Part shown: one piece after another, positions 58,244-64,000 of the stretch | Layout: each line of letters begins with the position of its first letter | Position numbering within the stretch: position 1 is the first letter of the stretch | From: an uncultured Candidatus Bathyarchaeia archaeon | GTDB lineage: Archaea > Thermoproteota > Bathyarchaeia > RBG-16-48-13 > CAYPFQ01 | DNA length: 64,000 nt | Reading direction: 5' to 3' | Assembly (NCBI GenBank): GCA_964473665.1 | Contig: CAYYPV010000015.1 | Location: 7,793-71,792, forward strand | Notes under the pieces: model-generated | What the model was told of the DNA's origin: nothing | Database searches by the model: none | Seen by the model: the letters and a program-made list of their open reading frames with translations, nothing else | Position numbers and translations under genes: made by a program

Positions 58244-61129
58244 TTAATCCCAGAACATTCTGGTTCTCGCATATTCACGTTCTGCACGAACAATATCCAT
58301 GTAAAACGCCTCCTCAGTTTTATGTGGCTTACGCAAAATTCTAGCAGCAGTTGTGGGACCTATACCTCTTCCAGAAAGAACAATAACCGCCTCTTTACCA
58401 TAAGTTTGAACAAGACCAGCATTCTTCCACGCTGTTAACCACTTCTTCTCTTCTTCACCAGTAAGTTTCTGTTTCTTTATTTTACGATCAACAATCTTTC
58501 TCAGCTCGGTATCTCCCTCATACACGGCGGCAATAAGTGTAAAATTACATTTTGGGCATCTGATTCTATCAGGAACATTTTTAACGCTATAAACGCCTTC
58601 CCAGTCAGCTTTAAAAACACAAACGAGTCTGACACGTGCTGTTTTAAGTCTCTCTTTAACTACATCAACAACCGCTCTCGTTGGAACCGCGGGGCGCAAA
58701 AGATCCTGCGGGGCAATTTTATCCAATATAGGTAGGGCAAACGGAGAGTATTCAGAACCATAAGGTATAATATCAACCTCAATTTTTCCATTCCGAATTT
58801 CCTGAATAATCCTTTGCGTTTTATCAAAATCAAACTTATCCATCTGAAGCTCCCTTAACGCCTCTTGATAAACAGGAGTTCCACGAAGTGCATCAACCAA
58901 AGTGCGAGCCCGCAATAATTTATATTCAGCATTTCTCTCAACAATGCCAAACCTCTTTGCAATATGCCAAAAATGCCAAGCAAAAATAGACGTATCACTC
59001 AACGTTTCAGATAGAATAACTTTTACATCCTCGGGTCTCAGCTCTAACAACTCCTTCCTTAAAACCACACCATCGATACGATGTGGAGCAATAAACGCGA
59101 TTCTATATGGATCTGACTGCACGGCGATAATTGCGCCAAGTCTAGCACTTAAAACCGTACCTAACACTCGGCTCAACGTTTCATTAACTAAATTGCCAAA
59201 ACAAGCATGAATTATTGCATAGTTCTCAAAACATTCAACAACAATCCGATTATGCGTAGGTAATGAAAACCCTTTCTCCATATGTCTCCTTACAGCGTCC
59301 ACCACCTTAGCGGAAGCAAAGCTATCTAACGGGTAGCCCTCTAAGGCTTCCAAAGGATCCCGCGAAGTAACTATCTTTTCTGCCACTCTCCATCTAAGCT
59401 CCCCGACCCGCTGCGCTACTTCAAGCGGGACAGGTATTATTTCTCCTTCCCAACTCGGTATGGCACCGAGAGTTTGAGCTACAGGCTCAACATCAACAGA
59501 CATTTTCTCCTCATTTACACTAATTATTCTCCAAGTCTGGCCATGCATAATAAACTCTACACCCGGCTTCCCATTTCTTCCAACAAACTCCTGATCCAAA
59601 ATACCAATCTTCAGGCGTCTAACAAAATCAAAAACAGTATACTGCTTTACATCAGGAATCATTGAGAGGTTTTCAAAGTAGTATCTATACGCTTTCAATA
59701 GCCTTAACTTTATAATATCGCCATCAAGCCGGATTAACCCCACTCTTTGAAGCTGAGTAACCACCGACATAAACTCCTCTAAGGCTAATGTAGCATATGG
59801 CCCAGCTCCTGTTACAATTCTAAACGCATCGGAAACGCTGACTCTCTTTTTATCAAGAATCATACCAACAATTTGGTGAGCAAGAACATCCATAGCATTT
59901 TGATGAACCGTAAGCGTCTCTAACGCATTTTCTAAAGCAAGTCTCGCTATAACCCCACCCTCCAGGATATCATCAGGCCAAGCGGTCAAAATACAGCCTG
60001 AAGGTTTAGCTCCAATTAAATGTCCGCTTCTACCAACACGTTGAATAAGCTTCGTAACCTGTCTAGGAGACAAGTACTGTATAACAAAGTCAACAGCACC
60101 AACATCAATACCTAATTCAAGTGAAGAAGTGCATACTACCGCCTTTAACTCTCCTTCGCGGAAAGCTCTCTCAGTCTCCATACGAATATCTCGGGAAAGG
60201 GACCCATGATGAATCCCAATCTTAAGATTTGGTTTTAAAACCCTAATTCTTGACGCTAAAGCCTCGGCATGTTCCCTTGTGTTTGTGAAAATTAATGTTG
60301 ATCTATGTTCTTCAACCAAATTAATAAGTCTCCGAATTCTACTCACGCTACCAGCAGAAAGCAAAACATTTTTCGCAAGTCTCTCATCATCATCTGTAGT
60401 CGGCGGGCTCTCAACCCAAATCTCGAACTCTTTTGGCTCAAACGCCTTAATCACTCTGATTTGTCCACCTCTTCCAGCCAAGAATGAAGCTATGGGTTCG
60501 GAGCTTCCAACAGTCGCAGATAAGCCGATTCGCTGGAAATCTAACCCAACAACATCTCTAAGCCTCTCCAAACCTAGTGAAAGCTGTGCTCCACGCTTAT
60601 CCGTGGCAACTTCGTGAACTTCATCAACAATGACCCATCGAACCGAACTTAGATGTCTCTGCATACGTTTACCTGGAAGAATAGCTTGCAATGTTTCTGG
60701 GGTAGTGATTAACATATTTGGGGGGTTAACGGCCTGCATTCTTCTTACATTAGCTGGTGTATCACCATGTCTAACCTGAACATCTATATCCAAGTTTTTA
60801 CCAATCTGTGTTAACCTTCGAAAAATATCGCGGTTTAATGATCGAAGGGGAGTAATGTATAAAATCGATATCCCCTTTAACTGTTCTTCGCTCCGCTTCC
60901 TTAATAACAGTTCAAAAATTGGAAGAACAACTGCTTCCGTTTTTCCCGTGCCAGTAGGTGCAATAAGTAAACTGTTTTCTTTGTTTAAAATTACTGGAAA
61001 AGCGAGTTCCTGAATCTCAGTTGGTTTTTTGAACCCTGCCTTATCCAATTCTTCACGAAAAGATTTTGAAAGAAGCGAAAAAACATCAGACATTAAGTTT
61101 AGGATCGCCTCTGCGCCCTCTCTAAACAA
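58244..61129 (-). CDS. lhr: Lhr-like ATP-dependent helicase (superfamily 2, DEAD/DEAH)
   Basis: Motif I APTGTGKTEA, motif II DEVHE, motif VI QRVGRSGH, long Lhr-type C-terminal extension. 961 aa. Confidence 0.85.
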   Translation of the reverse strand: MFREGAEAILNLMSDVFSLLSKSFREELDKAGFKKPTEIQELAFPVILNKENSLLIAPTGTGKTEAVVLPIFELLLRKRSEEQLKGISILYITPLRSLNRDIFRRLTQIGKNLDIDVQVRHGDTPANVRRMQAVNPPNMLITTPETLQAILPGKRMQRHLSSVRWVIVDEVHEVATDKRGAQLSLGLERLRDVVGLDFQRIGLSATVGSSEPIASFLAGRGGQIRVIKAFEPKEFEIWVESPPTTDDDERLAKNVLLSAGSVSRIRRLINLVEEHRSTLIFTNTREHAEALASRIRVLKPNLKIGIHHGSLSRDIRMETERAFREGELKAVVCTSSLELGIDVGAVDFVIQYLSPRQVTKLIQRVGRSGHLIGAKPSGCILTAWPDDILEGGVIARLALENALETLTVHQNAMDVLAHQIVGMILDKKRVSVSDAFRIVTGAGPYATLALEEFMSVVTQLQRVGLIRLDGDIIKLRLLKAYRYYFENLSMIPDVKQYTVFDFVRRLKIGILDQEFVGRNGKPGVEFIMHGQTWRIISVNEEKMSVDVEPVAQTLGAIPSWEGEIIPVPLEVAQRVGELRWRVAEKIVTSRDPLEALEGYPLDSFASAKVVDAVRRHMEKGFSLPTHNRIVVECFENYAIIHACFGNLVNETLSRVLGTVLSARLGAIIAVQSDPYRIAFIAPHRIDGVVLRKELLELRPEDVKVILSETLSDTSIFAWHFWHIAKRFGIVERNAEYKLLRARTLVDALRGTPVYQEALRELQMDKFDFDKTQRIIQEIRNGKIEVDIIPYGSEYSPFALPILDKIAPQDLLRPAVPTRAVVDVVKERLKTARVRLVCVFKADWEGVYSVKNVPDRIRCPKCNFTLIAAVYEGDTELRKIVDRKIKKQKLTGEEEKKWLTAWKNAGLVQTYGKEAVIVLSGRGIGPTTAARILRKPHKTEEAFYMDIVRAEREYARTRMFWD

Positions 61130-61326
61130 GAAATATAGATATCAACATCAGTACGTTTAGTCACATCATCAATTGATTTGACAGAATCTTCCAACATCTT
61201 ATTTAAGCTTGGTATGTCGTTAACTTTTGGAACTAAGCTCTCCAGCAATGCTTTAATCCAATCTGGATTATACACGTAGGGTCTAGCTTCAGCATAGGCT
61301 TGCCAAACAGCCTCCTCCAGCTTCAA
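61099..61326 (-). CDS. Small hypothetical protein overlapping the lhr start
   Basis: 75-aa ORF only. Confidence 0.25.
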   Translation of the reverse strand: MKLEEAVWQAYAEARPYVYNPDWIKALLESLVPKVNDIPSLNKMLEDSVKSIDDVTKRTDVDIYISCLERAQRRS

Positions 61327-61717
61327 TTAAGGAAACCACCCTTCAACCTGAATTAACGATAATTAATAATTTCTAACTCGCGAATGCTAATACTGTAATT
61401 ATCAGCTCTACAATTTTCCCTTTTTACCATAAGCTACATAAAAGAAAATTAACATCAACACAACGAACGCTAAAATATATAAGAAATCCATTATCAGAGA
61501 GTAGAAGGTATTTACATCCAAAGCTCTCACATCTCGCTATTAATGATTAAACGAAAATCTATACTTAATACCTATATACACTTATTTTTAAACAAATTAA
61601 TGTGACAGTCTGATCCTTTCTCCTCTTTATAAAAGTCTTTACAGCATTAGGATGAATTATCAAAAAGCAATAATCATCGAATTCAATGTAATAGAACCGA
61701 ACTGTATAAGATTATTT

Positions 61718-62224
61718 TTAAGCTGGTTTCCGCCACTCTCTCATCAATGTCTCGTAAAGATAATCCTCTTCCTCAAATTCTTCGTAGGTACCTATCGCTT
61801 CAGCCAGCTTCTGAGCAATTATATGATAGCAAAGATGTATTTCCTCACTCATTACACGGAAAAAAAAGTCGTCACAGGTACAGAAATTTGCGCCTGGAAT
61901 AATCTGGTAGTCCTTCTCTTTTCCAACAACAATCCATACCACTCTTTTACTTGGTTTGAAAACATATTTTTTTATACGCCCCCTCTGCAGTGCACGAATG
62001 GCATTTTTAACTCTAATGCCGAAGGTTGCGGACAATGTAATCAACTCCTCATCCGTAATCTCTCCACTGTGCTTAATCTGTTCACATATTCTGTCGAGCA
62101 ACACTAACTCGGAACTTTTATGCGGATTTAGCGTGCTCAGATGGCTCTTCCCCCGAAACTCAATTTTAGTTGTAGCAGTAAAACATTTTTTGGTAGGGCA
62201 TCCTCTTGATAAATCCAGTTCCAC
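61718..62224 (-). CDS. SWIM-type zinc-finger protein
   Basis: CTCDDFFFRVMSEEIHLCYHIIA (CxC...CxH). Confidence 0.45.
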   Translation of the reverse strand: MELDLSRGCPTKKCFTATTKIEFRGKSHLSTLNPHKSSELVLLDRICEQIKHSGEITDEELITLSATFGIRVKNAIRALQRGRIKKYVFKPSKRVVWIVVGKEKDYQIIPGANFCTCDDFFFRVMSEEIHLCYHIIAQKLAEAIGTYEEFEEEDYLYETLMREWRKPA

Positions 62225-63042
62225 CTTGGCAAGCTCTTCTAGTAGAGGAGAAAAATGAAATTACACTCATAGTCGCAGACCTTCACTTAGGCTTTGAAAA
62301 TGAGTTAGTGGAGATGGGAATAAATATTCCCTCCCAAACACCGAAAATACAGGAGAAACTCGTACAAATCATAAAATATACAAAACCAAAACGTCTAATA
62401 ATACTTGGAGATTTAAAACACAACGTTCCTAAAATATCCCTTCACGAATGGGAATTTATACCACGTTTTTTTGAAAATATCCAAAAAGTTTTGCTTGATG
62501 TAGAAATCATTCCAGGAAATCACGATGGTAACTTAGAATTATTAACTCCTAAAACAGTGAGAATCCTTTCACCAAGAGGTATCGTCATAGGTGAGAAAGA
62601 AAAAGTAGCTCTAATGCATGGCCACGCATGGCCTTCTCCTGAACTGCTAGGGGCAGACTTCTTAATCATCGCTCACAATCATCCCACTGTTCATTTCATC
62701 GAGCCAACCGGCTTCCGCATAATAAGACAAATTTGGGTAAAAGCGGACTGCGACGGAAAGAAATTAGCTGAATCCTTTCTTCGCTATAATGGAGTAAAAG
62801 ATAGAACTGATCCAATAAAACAAATGGAAAAGAAATATGGCGTTAAAGTTAGAAATCCAAAACTAATTATGATACCCTCTTTTAACGAAACCTATGGTGG
62901 TTTACCGATAAATCTTTTGAAAAAAGAGAAATTACTAGGGCCAATACTTCGATCAGGCGCGGTGGATATGGACGCTGCTGAAGCTTATCTCCTAGACGGT
63001 ACATTCCTAGGTTCAATTAGACAGCTTCGCCGAATTAGGTAG
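62206..63042 (+). CDS. Calcineurin-like metallophosphoesterase (TTG start)
   Basis: ADLHLG...LGDLKHN...GNHD...HGHAWP...AHNHP motifs. Confidence 0.7.
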   Translation: MINPVPPWQALLVEEKNEITLIVADLHLGFENELVEMGINIPSQTPKIQEKLVQIIKYTKPKRLIILGDLKHNVPKISLHEWEFIPRFFENIQKVLLDVEIIPGNHDGNLELLTPKTVRILSPRGIVIGEKEKVALMHGHAWPSPELLGADFLIIAHNHPTVHFIEPTGFRIIRQIWVKADCDGKKLAESFLRYNGVKDRTDPIKQMEKKYGVKVRNPKLIMIPSFNETYGGLPINLLKKEKLLGPILRSGAVDMDAAEAYLLDGTFLGSIRQLRRIR

Positions 63043-63105
63043 GCTAAAGCATATATTCACCAACTGATACTTTCTTTTCGGTTCTAGCAAAGGAGCTTAA
63101 GCCAT

Positions 63106-64000
63106 TTGGATTATAACGTTATAATCGTTGGAGCTGGTCCAGCTGGGCTTTGTGCAGCAAAAGAGATCATGGAGCATAGCAAACTAACAGTGCTAGTAAT
63201 AGATCAAGGGCATGACGTGGATCAACGAGTATGTCCAGCCACAACCTACAGAGGGTGCACAAAATGTACCCCGTGTAACATAATGTGTGGAATAGGCGGA
63301 GCAGGAACACTATCCAGTGGTCTTCTTAATCTTCGACCAGATATTGGTGGTGACTTAACAAACCTTATAGGAAGCGAAAAAACAGCACTTGCACTAATCG
63401 ATGAAGTCGATAGGACATTCCTGCGGTACGGTGCACCAAACGATATTTACAACCCAACTTCAGCTGAAGCTGAAGAATTGGAACGCGAAGCAGCTGCCGT
63501 AGGAGTAAAGTTCATACCTATTCCGCAGCGCCACATAGGGACAGATCGTGCGCCTCAGGTAATCAAAAACTTCGAAGCTGATTTAGAAAAGAAGGGCGTA
63601 AAATTCCTCTTGGATAAAAAGGTTGAACAAATCGAACAAAGGGTAGTGAAATTAGAAGACAGAACAAATATCGGTTGTCACTATATGATTTTAGCTCCAG
63701 GACGTGTAGGTGCTGACTGGCTTCGTGAAGAAGCAAAAAGGCTTAAAATACCTACAAAATATGAGCCGCTTGACATAGGAGTGAGAGTTGAAGTTCCTTC
63801 AGTTGTTATGGATCCTGTAATAAAAATAAGTAGAGATCCTAAATTTCACATCTACTCAGATACATACGATGACTTCGTAAGAACATTTTGCGTTAATCAT
63901 CAGGGTTTTGTAGTGCAGGAAGTTTACGATGATTTTGTAGGAGTTAACGGCCACGCATTAGCTCATAAAAAATCGCATTATTCAAACTTCGCATTTCTCG
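63106..64000 (+). CDS. FAD-dependent oxidoreductase (COG2509-like), 3'-truncated by the window edge
   Basis: TTG start after AGGAG. Rossmann motif IIVGAGPAGLCAA, Cys cluster CPATTYRGCTKCTPC. No stop before the window end. Confidence 0.65.
   Translation, partial: MDYNVIIVGAGPAGLCAAKEIMEHSKLTVLVIDQGHDVDQRVCPATTYRGCTKCTPCNIMCGIGGAGTLSSGLLNLRPDIGGDLTNLIGSEKTALALIDEVDRTFLRYGAPNDIYNPTSAEAEELEREAAAVGVKFIPIPQRHIGTDRAPQVIKNFEADLEKKGVKFLLDKKVEQIEQRVVKLEDRTNIGCHYMILAPGRVGADWLREEAKRLKIPTKYEPLDIGVRVEVPSVVMDPVIKISRDPKFHIYSDTYDDFVRTFCVNHQGFVVQEVYDDFVGVNGHALAHKKSHYSNFAFL

Overview
This 64-kb window is from a low-GC (about 40-45%) archaeal chromosome, probably a TACK/Thermoproteota-like lineage. Support for that comes from an archaeal-type Elf1, intron-rich tRNAs, CDP-archaeol synthase, GGGP synthase, Sec61beta, Orc1/Cdc6, both PolD subunits, RPA, and an archaeal-type mevalonate operon (UbiX, UbiD-like AMPD, AcnX-like PMDh large and small subunits). 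Most of the window is densely packed housekeeping genes: replication (PolD DP1/DP2, Orc1/Cdc6, RPA, Topo IA, Lhr), lipid synthesis, nucleotide and methionine salvage, and several transcription regulators. Six tRNAs are present (Val, Ser-GCU?, Ala, iMet, Leu, Ser-CGA), four of them with introns, plus a candidate SRP (7S) RNA. A predicted oriC with three ORB-like boxes lies next to orc1/cdc6. Two regions stand out. The first is a 1240-aa orphan ORF at 6817-10539 with no recognisable catalytic motifs and weak LAGLIDADG-like C-terminal motifs, sitting next to the initiator tRNA in an accessory-looking island. The second is a 5-kb gene-poor, AT-rich stretch at 42.4-47.5 kb downstream of hypF. It is built from decayed tandem duplications of the convergent junction between the hypF 3' end and a 164-aa ORF, and carries a recurring TGTGATATCACA palindrome, consistent with scars of repeated integration or duplication events. 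All calls are from reading the sequence; no database searches were run.
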